Assembly (NCBI RefSeq): GCF_006345805.1
Contig: NC_043005.1
Span: forward strand, 70,742,001 to 70,806,000
Length of the DNA: 64,000 nt
Direction: 5' to 3'
Source of the DNA: Octopus sinensis
Lineage: Eukaryota
Below are positions 1 through 13,745 of the stretch, piece after piece. Both the position numbers and the translations under genes were made by a program. The notes below the pieces were generated by a model. That model was given only the letters and a program-made list of their open reading frames with translations. It was not told the origin of the DNA and made no database searches. Numbering within the stretch: the first letter of the stretch is position 1; each line of letters starts with the position of its first letter.

Positions 1-232
1 CCAGGTGTGGATAATCCATGTTTCACAATGGTTAAACTGCTGAAAGGGTTTAGTGAATAGTAAAATATAATCCAAATAAGAAGGCACAGAAAATCTTTAA
101 CACATCGTTTTAAGGATCAGTTATAACTGTTACCATACAAACTCTGCCTTCTATACCAGATCACACAAAAGTTGCAAATGAATAGTTATGTAATACAGAT
201 CTATATTTAAGAGATGAGGAACTATGTACATC

Positions 233-644
233 TCTCTTTACTCTTTACTCTTTTAATTGTTTCAGTCATTTGACTGCGGCCATGCTGGAGCACCGCCTTT
301 AATCGAGCAAATCGACCTCGGGACTTATTCTTTTGTAAGCCCAGTACTTATTCTATCGGTCTCTTTTGCCGAACCGCTAAGTAACGTGGACATAAACACA
401 CCAGCATCGGTTGTCAAGCAATGCTAGGGGGACAAACACAGATACACAAACGCACACACACATATATATATACATATATACAACAGGCTTCTTTCAGTTT
501 CCGTCTACCAAATCCACTCACAAGGCATTGGTCGGCCCGGGGCTATAGCAGAAGACACTTGCCCAAGATGCCACGCAGTGGGACTGAACCCAGAACTATG
601 TGGTTGGTTAGCAAGCTACTTACCACACAGCCACTCCTGCGCCT
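233..644 (-). mobile_element. SINE-A (tRNA-derived, ~400 bp, central TA/TG microsatellite)
   Basis: Reverse complement of head AGGCGCAGGAGTGGCTGTGTGGTAAG, CORE-like CATCTTGGGCAAGTGTCTT, (AAAGAGT)n tail; about 18 related copies in window. Confidence 0.85.
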
Positions 645-1112
645 ATATACATTTACATTATTTACATTTATTCGTCATTAATATCCGTCAAATGTAAATA
701 ATGTATATAATTCCTCGTCTGTTAAACATAGAACTGTATTATCTAATTGGTACGGAGCCGACATTAGACTTCAATGGAGACATATAGAGAAACTCCAACA
801 AAAACTAGCTCATCTTAAGAGGAGGACAAATATCCGTCAAATGTAAATAATGTAAATAATGTAAGTTATCAGATAATTGCAGTTTTAAACATTACAGTGT
901 CACTTCTTCAAGCGTGTATCGAAGGTGCATTTTAACACTGTTCACAATCTAAAAATGCAACTTTGATGCAGCTCTGAAGTAGTGACACTTTAAAAGTGCA
1001 AATATTATGTAAATTTTCACTTGGAGTTAATACAAAAGCAGTTGTAAGAGATCATTAAAGATGTGTTAAAGTCTTTCTTCCTTTTCTTATTTGTATTATA
1101 TATATATATATA

Positions 1113-1323
1113 TCTCATCACATGACCGACCAGTCCATCAGAAGAAAGAGTGGGAGAAAGAGTGGTGAAAGAGTACAGCAGGGATCACCACCCCCTGCCG
1201 GAGCATCGTGGAGCTTTTAGGTGTTTTCACTCAATAAACACTCACAACGCCCGGTCTGGGAATCGAAACCGCGATCCTACGACCGCGAGTCCGCTGCCCT
1301 AACCACTAGGCCATTGCGCCTCC
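1113..1323 (-). mobile_element. SINE-R (tRNA-derived head GGAGGCGCAATGG), short-tail variant
   Basis: A box TGGCCTAGTGG and B box GTTTCGATTCC on minus strand; tail CTGATGGACTGGTCGGTCATGTG related to 38308 copy. Confidence 0.8.
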
Positions 1324-1327
1324 ACAT

Positions 1328-1872
<545 letters not shown>

Positions 1873-2009
1873 TGTTGCCTTTACACATAGACCCATATAG
1901 TTATGCATATATAAGTTATTTTATTCTACACAGGTAGAAATATAGGTAAAATAGAAGTTGAAAATGCACTTAGAAGAGTTAAAATACCTTTTATTAATAT
2001 ATTTGAAGT

Positions 2010-2808
2010 TTTAACTGTTTTGTGGTTTACACTGATTTTCAAAAAGCTCAAATGGAAAGACATGGCTTATGTCCAGCAAAAGAAGATTTAATTTGGTTTT
2101 TCTCAAACGTGAACAACATCAACCAAAATCAAAAAGTTAACAGAAGAAATTACAGATGTTTATATGCGGACCACTCTGAAGTTCCAAGTGTTATGTATTA
2201 CAAAATTTCCTGCAACTGTCATGATTTTAGGGGTTGTCAGCAATGAAGGACATGTGATGCCTCTTTATTTCTTTCCACATGGTTTTAGAGTTAACTCTGC
2301 TGCGTACATTGAGGTCCTGGAAATAATTGTTAAGCCCTGGATAGACAGTTTATGCAATGGATGACCATATGTGCTTCAGTAAGACTCCACACTATCACAC
2401 ATGGCTCTAGAAACACAGGAATGGATGGTTGAAAATTTTCATGATCACATAACCCCTAACATTTGGCTTCCTAATTCCCTAAGATCTCAATGCACTGGAC
2501 TACTACGTGTGGAGCCTTGTCAACAGAGAGGTCAATGAACATGTTAATAACACCAAAGATTCTTTGAAAGCTGCTATAGATAGAGTAATGTCCAAAAGGA
2601 ACTATGACCACTTGATTCAAACATGTAGATGATTTAGATCTCATACAGAAGCAGTTGTTGAGACTGAAGGTGGTTTTACTGAATAACATCATAGAAAAGA
2701 AGGTTTATTTTAATCCTAATAGCATATTTTGATAAATAAGTTTATAATCTGTTATTATATATCTGTGTTTTATAAACATAAATCTGTCCTGAAATATCTT
2801 ATGCACCC
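2010..2808 (+). mobile_element. maT/DD37D (Tc1-mariner superfamily) transposase remnant
   Basis: Conceptual translation TKFPATVMILGVVSNEGHVMP...KPWIDSLCNG*PYVLQ*DSTLSH...WLPNS(L)DLNALDYYVW; 37 residues between 2nd and 3rd Asp; stops and frameshift; left boundary uncertain. Confidence 0.85.
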
Positions 2809-2813
2809 TTTAA

Positions 2814-2847
<34 letters not shown>

Positions 2848-3128
2848 ACATATATATATACACACATATATATATACACACATATATAAAGGTGTCCACA
2901 ATGCAAATTTTTCGGGATTTTTGTATTGCTTTTAACCGAGGAAACCTTTATGTAATAGTAGCTTTAAAAGCTGTAGAACAGCAGTATGGCTAAACAATAA
3001 TAATCTTTGCTTTGCAGTACATAGCAAGCATTATTGAGCATAAGCACTGTTTGAACAATTTCCATGATATGTGAGTGGTGGTGTAGGGGGAGTGTATTTG
3101 TGTGTGTGTGTGTGTTTTATGCATATAT

Positions 3129-3170
<42 letters not shown>

Positions 3171-3661
3171 TGCATACATACAAACATATATGTACGTACC
3201 TACATCTACATGTATATATACATGCATATATAAATATATATACGTACAGGACACCACAAAAAGACGTAGAACTCAACAGAAACGAAAACGGAAAAAACAT
3301 TTTTTTACAACAGAAGGACAGAGACGTGGAACAGGACGAGAACGAAAACGGGTAAAACATTATTTACAACAGAAAAACAAGGTACAGGACATACTACACA
3401 AGGAAAAATCCCCTTCATCAGCTGTCGCTAGTAGACTTAGCGTGTTTCGAAGGCAAGACAGGACACGACTCGTCAATACTAGGCCTTCCTGCGAGAGAAT
3501 TAAAATAATATAACCTCACAGAGGGGTAAAACAAGCACGAAAAAAATGTAATACAAATAGGACGTAACAATAAAACTGCACAATAAAATACAAGATAAAA
3601 ATACATGTACAAGAAAATACAAAACGAGAAATAAAATACAATACGATAAATCAAAATAAAC

Positions 3662-3870
<209 letters not shown>

Positions 3871-3984
3871 ATATTTCGGAATGGTCATATTGCCAGTTTA
3901 GCCAATAAAAATACACGCACTATATATTTGGTGTTATTTTGCTTCAGTGATATTTATTTTTTACATTAATCTTAATCTTATTTC

Positions 3985-4029
3985 GGCCAAAGTTCTTTCG
4001 TCACACTCCTGTGACCGCATCAGTGGTCC
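3985..4029 (-). ncRNA. Minimal type I hammerhead-like motif (mirror copy of 4458-4502)
   Basis: Identical reverse-complement copy in IR arm 1. Confidence 0.5.
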
Positions 4030-4457
4030 TTTGTTTTCTTCTCACTTATTTGTGTCTCTCCTTACTAACCGTCAGCCATTTTGTATTTCTATTGTATGTC
4101 TTCATTTGCGCATGCTTATATCTCTATGTGCGTCTATGTTTATTTAGTGTGTGTGTGGGGGGATGCCTGTAATATTTGTATCTTCTGTTTATATACATTC
4201 TTGTAATTTGTATTTTGTTTTTGTTGTTGTTGCTTTTGTTCTAATTTTGTTCATGTGTTTACATCCACCCATTATTATCATTACAAGAATGTATATAAAC
4301 AGAAGATACAAATATTACAGGCATCCCCCCACACACACACTAAATAAACATAGACGCACATAGAGATATAAGCATGCGCAAATGAAGACATACAATAGAA
4401 ATACAAAATGGCTGACAGTTAGTAAGGAGAGACACAAATAAGTGAGAAGAAAACAAA

Positions 4458-4502
4458 GGACCACTGATGCGGTCACAGGAGTGTGACGAAAGAACTTTGG
4501 CC
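4458..4502 (+). ncRNA. Minimal type I hammerhead-like motif, atypical core CUGAUGC-G
   Basis: GGACCA / CTGATGCG / GTCACA-GGAG-TGTGAC / GAAA / G-AA-C-T-T / TGGCC: stem I, perfect 6-bp stem II, GAAA, 2-bp stem III; A9 replaced by C. Confidence 0.5.
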
Positions 4503-4900
4503 GAAATAAGATTAAGATTAATGTAAAAAATAAATATCACTGAAGCAAAATAACACCAAATATATAGTGCGTGTGTTTTTATTGGCTAAACTGGCAATAT
4601 GACCATTCCGAAATATAACAATATCTGTTTCAACACACGACTTCACATAAAAAATCTTGCACAACAAATATTTAAACGTATATATATATATATATATATA
4701 TGCACACACACATATACATACTCACACACACACATAATTTCTATTGTTCTGTTGATTCACCAAGAAGTGATAAATTTCTGAATCTAATTCATAGCCATTC
4801 CCAAACTTTCCTTATTTTCATTTCACCTGCCTGATGTTGAATGTTTTGAATATTGTATAATTGGAAAATTATTGAAATTTAAACGAAATTATTGAAATTT

Positions 4901-5074
4901 AGGCGTAGGAGTGGCAGTGTGGTAAGTAGCTTGCATACGAACCACATGGTTCTGGGTTCAATCCCATTGCGTGGCACCTTGGGCAAGTGTCTTCTACTAT
5001 AGCCTTGGACCGACCAAGTCCTTGTGAGTGGATTTGGTAGACGGAAACTGAAAGAAGCCCATCATATATAAGTG

Positions 5075-5105
<31 letters not shown>

Positions 5106-5306
5106 GTATGTGTGTGTCTGTGTTTGTCCCCCCTACATCACTTGACAACTGATGCTGGTGTATTTACATCCCCTGTAACTTAGCGGTTCGGCAAAAAGTG
5201 ACCGATAGACTAGGCTTACAAAGAATAAGTCCTGGGGTCGATTTCCTCGAGTAAAGGCTCCAGCATGGCCACAGTCAAATGACTGAAACAAATAAAAGAG
5301 TAAAAG
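4901..5306 (+). mobile_element. SINE-A
   Basis: Full head to tail match to family. Confidence 0.85.
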
Positions 5307-5805
5307 GGTATATGTGCATGTGTGTGTGTGTGTGTGTCCATGTGTGTTGTTGTGCATGTGTGTGTATGATTTTGTAAGCATATCAAACCCAAGGAAGGGC
5401 AAATGGTTAAAGCTACCGACCAGCTGGTCATAACTTACAAGCTCTGTAACTTTACTGTTACTAGTTCTGTTGTTTAGTGGTAAACAATAAACAACAAACA
5501 CTGTATACTCATCAATCAGAATAAAAGAGATGAAGAATAATCCATGGCTGATATGCACTTGTGGTTAACTTTTGATTCAGCCAACATTCAAATGAAAAAA
5601 AAATAGCCTCTGCACATATCTGTCTCTCATTAATATAGATCAGCACCTTATTTATTTCTCTGTTTTAATTCATTTTCTGCTTATACTGTACAGTTTAAGT
5701 TTTTTTCCCATCTGTTTTTGCTATAATTAATATCATTTTTATTCAAGAATGCTTTTATATAAATTTCCATTGAATTTGCAGTGGCTTTAGTTGCATTTGC
5801 TGCTG

Positions 5806-5900
5806 TTGCTGTTGCTGTTGTTGTTGTTGTTGTTGTTGTTGTTCTTCTTCTTCTTCTTCTTCTTCTTCTTCTTCTTCTTCTTCTTCTTCTTCTTCTTCTT
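5806..5900. repeat. (GTT)n-(CTT)n microsatellite, possibly the (GAA)n tail of a minus-strand retroelement
   Basis: Direct inspection. Confidence 0.85.
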
Positions 5901-6169
5901 TCAATCGGGACTCATGCCATTATCCACAAAGAATAATCTCTTATTCTAGCCTACTCTAAGCTACTAAGAATGCGTGTGGCAACTTGAAGATCCACCCACC
6001 ACACGCGATAGACTGGTGGTTGCATGAGCACAGAAGCTACAGTGTTACCCTCATTCCATAAATGGTGGCTTTTAATGGGTGGAGAGCTGAACCATCCTAG
6101 GGTGCAGAAGATTCGCAATCTAGACTAGGGTCTGAAAGTTTACCACACCATGGTTCCTCTGCTTTGTGG

Positions 6170-6315
6170 CAGAAGTAGGAAGAAAGAGCAAGAGAAAGTT
6201 GTGGTGAAAGAGTACCGCGGAGTCTCCCCCACCCGCTGGAGCCTCGTGGAGCTCAGGCGTTTTTGCTCAATAAACATTCACAATGACCAGTCTGGGAATA
6301 GAAACTGCCTCTCCC
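6170..6315 (-). mobile_element. SINE-R fragment
   Basis: GTGGTGAAAGAGTAC...GCTCAATAAACATTCACAATGACCAGTCTGGGAAT matches family. Confidence 0.7.
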
Positions 6316-6862
6316 ACTGCTGCTGCCACTACCGCTGCTACCACCGCCATCATCACTGCTGCTGTTTATTTCCTGGTCAGTCTTGACTTAAAATACTTAG
6401 GATCAACTATATTTCAGCTATGATCATCAATCCTTTTTTTTCCTTTTTGTCCCAGACAGTATACTTAAGACAACATTAACTATATCTTTTACAATGACAG
6501 TGATGTGTATTATAAGATAGGTTTGGCTGCTTTTTCTTGCAGAGTAAGCAACCACATAGAGGACCCTTTCATATAGTGAGATCTTCCAATGCTGCTTCCC
6601 AGTGCTATCTATCTATGTCAAAATCATTCAAACCTCTCTGCTATTGGCTCATCAGATAACCTTTAAGCATAAAACTTCTATAGGGCCCATCCACATTGCT
6701 AGATCCTTCTTTTTCTCTCCACCCTCTTTCCAGTAACTGACTGATACCAGAAATGTTTGGTTTGCTCCTTGTAAGGTCTACCTGCCTGAATTAAAATAAA
6801 GTAAGGTAAAGTGGGCTATTTCTTCTGAAAGTTACACTCTTTCATTGGTGTTTTGATCATAT

Positions 6863-7243
6863 AGACGTAGGAGTGGCTGTGTGGTTAGTAGCTTGCTTAC
6901 CAACCACATGGTTCCAGGTTCAGTCCCACTGCATGTCTTCTACTATAGCCTCGGGTCGACCAAAGCCTTGTGAGTGGATTTGATAGATGGAATCTGAAAG
7001 AAGCCCATCATATATATGTATATATATGTGTGTGTGTGTGTATATGTTTGTGTGTCTGTGTTTGTTCCCCAATATCACTTGACAACCGATGCTGGTGTGT
7101 TTACATCCCGATAACTTAGTGGTTCGGCAAAAGAGAGACCGATAGAATAAGTACTAGGCTTACAAAGAATAAGTCCTGGGGACCGATTTGCTTGACTAAA
7201 GGCAGTGCTCCAGCATGGCCACAGTCAAATGACTGAAACAAGT
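6863..7243 (+). mobile_element. SINE-A
   Basis: Family match, small deletion in CORE-like part. Confidence 0.85.
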
Positions 7244-7683
7244 GGGAAAAAAATGAGTAATATGCAGCAAGCTCACATTGCAAATGTTTATGATAAGGAA
7301 GGCTATTCAGTCATTCAAAACATTCATAATTTGTAGGGTGGACGGCATAATTGTTGTTGCTACTGCTGCTGCTGTTCAACCTCAAGTCTCTGAGCATCCA
7401 GATGATGAGAAGTGTTGTAAAAATATTTTCTACTATAGGCACAAGGTGTGAAAAACCTAGTGGAGGATGCCAGTCAATTACATTAACCCACTTGGTCTAC
7501 TGTCATTTATTTTAACAACCCCACAAGAATGAAAAGGCGCAGTCAACTTCAGCGGAATTTGAATTCGGAATACAAAACTGGAAGAAAAATCTGCAAAGCA
7601 TTATGTCTGGTGTACTAAGGATTTCGCCATCTTGCCGTGTTCTAACAATGAGTAATTTAATGCATTCTTCATTTTCTTTTTAA

Positions 7684-8325
7684 CCCTTTCGATACCAACC
7701 TGGCTGAAACCGGCTCTGGCTCTATAGTACAAATGCCTTGTTTTCATAAGTTTTGAATTAAAATCTTCCATGAAACCTTAGTCACAATTTATGTTGCTAA
7801 CACTAGCTGAATGATACTCTTTACTCTTTACTCTTTTACTTGTTTCAGTCATTTGACTGTGGCCATGCTGGAGCACTGCTCTTAGTCGAACAAATCAACC
7901 CCAGGACTTATTCTTTGTAAGCCTAGTACTTATTCAATCGGTCTGTTTTGCCGAACCGCTAAGTTACGGGGACGTAAACACACCAGCATCGGTTGTCAAG
8001 CGATGTTGGAGGGACAAACGCAGACACATAAATATATACACACACATACACATATATATATACATATATACGTCTGGCTTCTTTCAGTTTCTGTCTACCA
8101 AATCCACTCACAAGGCTTTGGTCGGCCCGAGGCAATAGTAGAAGACACTTGCCCAAGGTGCCACACAGGTGGAATGAACCCAGAACCATGTGGTTAGTAA
8201 GCAAGCTATTTACCACACAGCCACTCCTGCACCTATAACTAAGTTAATTTACTAAATTTTTTGTTATATTTAAACTAACAGAAAGAAAAACAGAGCATTT
8301 CAAAATAAATACAGTAATGAAAGGG
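7684..8325 (+). mobile_element. piggyBac-type MITE (~225 bp) interrupted by a SINE-A
   Basis: TTAA|CCCTTTCGATACC...CAGTAATGAAAGGG|TTAA; TTAA on both sides; same family as 19591-19811. Confidence 0.85.
7817..8234 (-). mobile_element. SINE-A nested in piggyBac-type MITE
   Basis: Family match; MITE sequence resumes at ~8237. Confidence 0.85.
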
Positions 8326-9284
8326 TTAAAATGGTGACCGTGATTCAATGGAAACTTGGTTGTTATTTCTAAGATCAAGTAATCATAGAGTTTCCTTAAT
8401 TGACTTGTATTAAGGTTGCTGCTGTTATAGTAGTTGTTATTACATCTCTTGCTTAGGCAAAGGTCAACCCTGATAAAGAAAATATTTGATGAAAGACATT
8501 CCAAATGTGACCATGTTGTTTATAATTCAGTCTTTAATGTATATAAGACTACCTTACTCAATGATGTAACTTTTTTTTCTTTCTTTTTTCTTTTTTTGTA
8601 AAAGCAATCCATTATCACTTTATGGAGATTTAGCTTTTGAGCAACCCTGTAGAACCACCCCCTACATATAGTGGACACTTCAACTCAGACTAATAACAGG
8701 TCATAAGACAGCATCCACAATCTCTGCTTATGCTTGAAATGTAGGGAAGATTCATAAAAGGGAGCTTGTGAAAGTTGAGAGTTAATGATAGCAATATAGC
8801 CATCATAGCTAGTGAGGATATTGGAATTGTCAGAGAAGGAACTACAAAGCTGTTTATGCTGGCTATTTTTATAGTTCATGAAATGAAGAAAGTATTAGTA
8901 TTTCAGGAGTTCTGAGATGCAAATGACATAACGGTGTGCAACACAAACTTTAGATAATAATTTAGATGGACATGAGGACCAAATTGAATCTGTAGCTGAT
9001 TGAAAACATAACATATAGACGAATTGTTTAGTACTATAACTCAACACAAATTAGTGGTTATAATCTATTAGATGGAGAAAAAGAAGATTCAAAGCAAAAT
9101 ACAGAAAAAGGAAAATATAGTAAGATGTAAAGTCTTTCTGTTAGAGGAAATTTCTTAACAGCACATGAGGTCATTATTTGGTTGGGAAAGAAAGATAAGG
9201 AATAACAGAATGAAGGAAAGCTGAGTGTTCTTAACTAACAATCTGTTGCCTATTCTAAAGTTTGAGTAGGTTCTCGTCCAGATT

Positions 9285-9509
9285 ACAGCTGGCAAAAACG
9301 TTAGCAAGCCAGGTGAAATGCTTAGCGGTATTTTGCCTGCCACTACGTTCTGAGTTCAAATTCCGTCGAGGTCGACTTTGCCTTTTATCATTTCGGGGTT
9401 GATTAAATAAGTACCACTTACGCACTGGGGTCAATATAATCGACTTAATCTGTTTGTCTGTCCTTGTTTGTCATCTCTGTGTTTAGCCTCTTGTAGGTAG
9501 TAAAGAAAT
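9285..9509 (+). mobile_element. SINE-M (tRNA-derived; central GACTTTGCCTTTCATCCTTTCGGGGTCGAT-type domain, Meta-domain-like)
   Basis: B box GAGTTCAAATTCC, body shared with copies at 33625, 48193, 51520; domain name is tentative. Confidence 0.75.
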
Positions 9510-9510
9510 G

Positions 9511-9899
9511 GGAGGCGCAATGTCCCTGTGGTTAGGGCAGCGGACTCGCGGTCGTAGGATCGCGGTTTCGATTCCCAGACCGGGCGTTGTGAGTGTTTAT
9601 TGAGCGAAAACACCTAAAAGCTCCACAAGGCTCCGGCAGGGATGGTGGTGATCCCTGCTGTACTCTTTCACCACAACTTTCTCTCACTCTTACTTCCTGT
9701 TTCTGTTGTACCTGTATTTCAAAGGGCCGGCCTTGTCACTCTCTGTATCACGCTGAATATCCCCGAGAACTACGTTAAGGGTACACGTGTCTGTGGAGTG
9801 CTCAGTCACTTACATGTTAACTTCACGAGCAGGCTGTTCCGTTGATCGGATCAACTGGAACCCTCGTCGTTGTAACCGACGGAGTGCTTCCAAAAAAAA
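9511..9899 (+). mobile_element. SINE-R full length, long-tail variant, with 11-bp TSD
   Basis: TSD AGTAAAGAAAT at 9499-9509 and 9900-9910; short poly(A); inserted into the tail of SINE-M. Confidence 0.9.
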
Positions 9900-10335
9900 A
9901 GTAAAGAAATATGTGCACCATAGAGCTGTATGAAATAAATGACCAACCAGAAAGAAATGAAGAAAAGTTGGCTGTAGCAAGAAGTGATACCAGCATGACA
10001 GAAGCTAAATGAAACAGAGTACAAATGAGGTCAGAGAAAAACTAGATGTCAGAGGAATCAAGAGTACAGTGTAAGAGAACAATTTGCACTGGTGTGGGCA
10101 TGTGATGCATGTAAAGGATGGCTGCCAAGTGCTCCAGTTTAGTGGAACCAGTGGAAGAATGAGAGAAAGGAAGACTTGGGACAAAATGGTAAAAGCTGAC
10201 CTAAAGATATCGTATCTTTAGGAGGAAATGACAAAATAACTGAACTGCCTGATGATGTGCAGTACAACAGAAAACTCATCCATTCATGGTACTATATACC
10301 TCAACACAAACAGTGTTTAAGAATTCTGACTGTGC

Positions 10336-10382
<47 letters not shown>

Positions 10383-10417
10383 TCCATCCCTGTAAAACCC
10401 TTCTTATTATCCCATCA

Positions 10418-10920
10418 TGGAGGTGCAATGGCCCAGTGGTTAGGGCAGCCGACTCACAGTTGTAGGATCGTGGTTTCGATTCCCAGACCAGGCGTTGTGA
10501 GTGTTTATTGAGCAAAAACACATAAAGCTCCATGAGGCTCTGGCAGAGGGTGGTGGTGAACCCTGCTGTACTCTTTCACCACAACTTTCTCTCACTCTTT
10601 TCTTCCTGTTTCTGTTGTACCTGTATTTCAAAGGGCCAGCCTTGTCACACTCTGTGTCATGCTGAATCTCCCCGAGAACTACATTCATGGTACACGTGTC
10701 TGTGAAATGCTCAGCCACTTGCAAGTTAGTAAATGAGCTGCAACGTCACTGGTGCCAAGGTGTATCAGCCTTTGCCTTTCCCTTGGATAACACTGGTGGC
10801 GTGGAGAGGGGAGGCTGGTATGCATGGGGGACTGCTGGTCTTTCATAAACAACCTTGCCCAGACTTGTGCTTCGGAGGGTAACTTTCTACGTCCAATCCC
10901 ATAGTCATTCATAACCGAAG
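10418..10920 (+). mobile_element. SINE-R with chimeric 3' tail
   Basis: Matches 9511 copy to ~10725, then switches to unrelated tail (...AACAACCTTGCCCAGACTTGTGCTTCGGAGGGTAAC...). Confidence 0.75.
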
Positions 10921-11142
10921 GAGATCACAACTATCCCATCACTCTACACAAGTTACCCTCCATGACACTGATATGTTGCCAATTAACATCTCATTAGCCA
11001 CTCTTACAACAGTAGGTTGCTCTTTAATTTTTCCTTCCTTCGCATTGTAAGTTGTGTAAACTTACAATTTAGAATACCTCTTTTCTACTATCTACAAAAT
11101 AGAACAGTAGCCAATCACTGTGCATATCTTCAATGGATCTGA

Positions 11143-11878
11143 CAAACAATGGTTCCGCGTTCAGTCCCACTGTGTGGTGCCTTGGGTAAGTGTCTTCTAC
11201 TATAGCCCCGGGCCAACAAAAGCCTTGTGAGTGGATTTGGTAGACGGAAACGGAAAGAAGCCCGTCACATATATATAATAATGATAATAATGAAATTATT
11301 GTATACAGTGCTCAGGTGCACCACAACTTGTCAGAAAGTGCGTATAAAGTACATGCAGTACAATGTATGGTGAACAATGTATGAGTCAGATACATGCTTG
11401 TCTGTGTATGGAGGGGAGAAAATCAAGTGTAGTGTTGGTGAATCTCAGGAAGCATGGAAGTTTTGAAGGATGCAGTGCTCCGACAACTAACAACTGATGC
11501 CAGCAGTTTGTTTCATGCTTCAGCAACTCTCAGCGTGAAAAAATGTTTCCTGAAGTCATGGGAGCTGTGCTGTTTTCTTACTTTGTAAATATGTCCACGG
11601 GTATTAGATGGGTGGAGTTTCAAAAGGTGCTCAGAGTTATTGTATATATATGTGTGTGTGTGTGTGTGTTTGTATGTCTGTGTTTGTCCCCCCAACATCA
11701 CTTGACATCCGATGCTAGTGTGTTTACGTCCTCGTAACTTAGCAGTTCAGCAAAAGAGCCAGACAGAATAAGTAGTAGGCTTACAAAGAATAAGTCCTGG
11801 GGTCGATTTGCTTGACTAAAGGCAGTGCTCCAGCAAGGCCACAGTCAAATGACTGAAACAAGTAAAAGAGTAAAAGAG
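11143..11878 (+). mobile_element. SINE-A split by a CR1 fragment
   Basis: 5' half 11143-11275, 3' half 11642-11878. Confidence 0.8.
11276..11641 (-). mobile_element. CR1-like LINE 3' fragment
   Basis: Translation HPSNTRGHIYKVRKQHSSHDFRKHFFTLRVAEA*NKL (CR1 C-terminal TRGH...FF..RV...WN.L motif); (ATT)n tail at 11276-11300. Confidence 0.8.
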
Positions 11879-12114
11879 ATACAAACAGCAGTATATAAAT
11901 ATTGTAATGGGAACTTAAGCAGAATGACATATAAACAAGTCTACATATAAAAACTCAGGAAATGTTAGCAGTGCAGTTGTCCAATAAATTCAGTCCAAGA
12001 AGTGCCTAGATAGCTTGTTTGAGGTTGTAGATAGTTTCTGTGATGCAAATAATTTTATTTAGTATTGTTATTGTTGTTGGTTAATCGTAGGTTATCATTG
12101 AGCAAGCAGATCTA

Positions 12115-12357
12115 CAGGGTTGGCAAAAAGTCACCTGACAGTAAATCAAAACTCCAAGATTAAAACAAAAAATTATTTTATATGAGACTTCGCTAATAAA
12201 TAGACAAATGTTGAAAAAGAAAAAGGAAAAGAAAACGGTGATTTTTACTCACAGCATTCAATTATTAAACATCAATAATTGGAATGAATAAATAAAATTG
12301 AATATTAAACATTTATAGAATTTTGATTTACTGTCGGGTGACTTCTGGCCAACCCTG
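12115..12357 (+). mobile_element. Tc1/mariner-type MITE, 243 bp
   Basis: TA|CAGGGTTGGCAAAAAGTCACCTGACAGTAAATCAAAA ... TTTTGATTTACTGTCGGGTGACTTCTGGCCAACCCTG|TA. Confidence 0.9.
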
Positions 12358-12482
12358 TATAATGAAAGACAATCCATTAATGATAATTCATTTTGTTTTT
12401 ATTGTAACAGAAATTATAGTTCATTTTGGGATTTAGTTTGCAAGATTCTTTATATGAGTTTGTGTGCTGAAGAATATTTTTT

Positions 12483-12587
12483 TGTCTGGGGAGAGTAATT
12501 TTCTTTTTGTGCCTTATAATGTGAGTATGCCTTACTGGTGAGTGTGTTACATTATAAGGCACAAAAAGAAATGACTCTCCCCAGACA
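12483..12587. mobile_element. Fold-back MITE remnant (40-bp arms, 26-bp spacer)
   Basis: 12483-12522 vs 12549-12587 reverse-complementary with 1 mismatch and 1 indel. Confidence 0.7.
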
Positions 12588-12799
12588 CAACAGAAATTAT
12601 AGTGTCTGGTTTTCTTCCATCTTTATGACAGTAGGCTTAATTTGAGGGAAATAGGTTGCTATTTTTAACAGGTAACCAACCACAGAAATGCTCCCACACT
12701 GGCTCATTAATTATGGTAGGAACTGGATGAAACAAAAGAAATGTTACATAAGTAATTAAGAGATGATTATGGAGCTTATGAAATATATATATATATATA

Positions 12800-13187
12800 T
12801 ATGTATATAAAGCTAAAGTTATCTGTGTATGGCAGGTTTGGTAGCCTTCAACTAACACTATCTCCTTCGAGACCCTGCAGCGCAAGTTGACCAAAATTGA
12901 GAATATGATAGAAAAAAGCCTTGCTCTTCCTTCCGTAGAAGAAAAAATTCAAATCGGACCATGTTAACACCAAGAATTATTTACATCAAAAAGGTGCTTC
13001 TTTTCTATGAAAATCCCTATTTTTTACGATTTTTTGACTGCTGTGTTTTTTTGACTGGTGTATTTCCACCAGAAAAATGTTCTCTTAAAGAGAACAACAA
13101 GCTACATAATGCAAAATTTTTACTTTTCAAAAATTCCAATTCTAAAGAGTCGAAACAAACCTGAGCAACGCCGGGCGATACTGCTAG
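12800..13187 (+). mobile_element. Non-autonomous Helitron
   Basis: 3' end CCTGAGCAACGCCGGG hairpin + ATACTG-CTAG|T; 5' end merged into (TA)n. Confidence 0.8.
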
Positions 13188-13199
13188 TGATTTTATAAA

Positions 13200-13670
13200 G
13201 GTGTTGATTATGTTTCGTAATGAAACATTTGTTTCTCTGAAGGAAAAGAAATCATTACAAAGCATCTTTAAACTTGTGATAATGCATGGTAGTGAAACAT
13301 TTGGCATTGAATGTAGAATATGTGTGAAGACAATGGAGATATAAAGTAAGCATTTTCTGCTTGATATACAATATTTAACAGGCATGAAAGATGATACACA
13401 AGTGAAAGGAGAAAGTTGCTGGGTATTAAAGGTATTAGCTGATGCATGAAGAAGAGGTAACTGCATTGGTATGTAAATGTGATACAAATGCATAATGATT
13501 GCTGGATGAGAAAGAGCTGTATACTATCAGTGAAGGATAGATTTCAAAGAGAAAGACGTCATAGAAAGAGGTGTTAAGACAACAAAGTATAAAGACAAGT
13601 AATGATGTATGACAGAGCTGTCAAACTCATGCATGCATGGAAAATCGGACGTTAAAACATTGACGAGGGT
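13200..13670 (+). mobile_element. Old RTE RT C-terminal remnant and tail
   Basis: IMHGSETF (MLYGSETW-like) and LHWY motifs; tail GCATGGAAAATCGGACGTTAAA at ~13635. Confidence 0.5.
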
Positions 13671-13712
13671 GACAATCATCTCTCATGCTCTCTTTTACTT
13701 ACTCACTCTGTC

Positions 13713-13745
<33 letters not shown>

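Noticed and set aside
3405-3495. TTCATCAG and GTGTTTCG motifs with GAAGGC/GCCTTC hairpin, hammerhead-like on minus strand
   Set aside because: Core halves are in the wrong order for type I and stem I does not form for type II; possibly a decayed pLTR.
9511-9585. tRNA-like sequences here and at 1250, 10418, 38308, 55537
   Set aside because: A and B boxes present but they continue into SINE bodies and lack a proper acceptor stem; not tRNA genes.
13017-13493. 158-aa minus ORF
   Set aside because: Antisense to an RTE remnant and a Helitron end.
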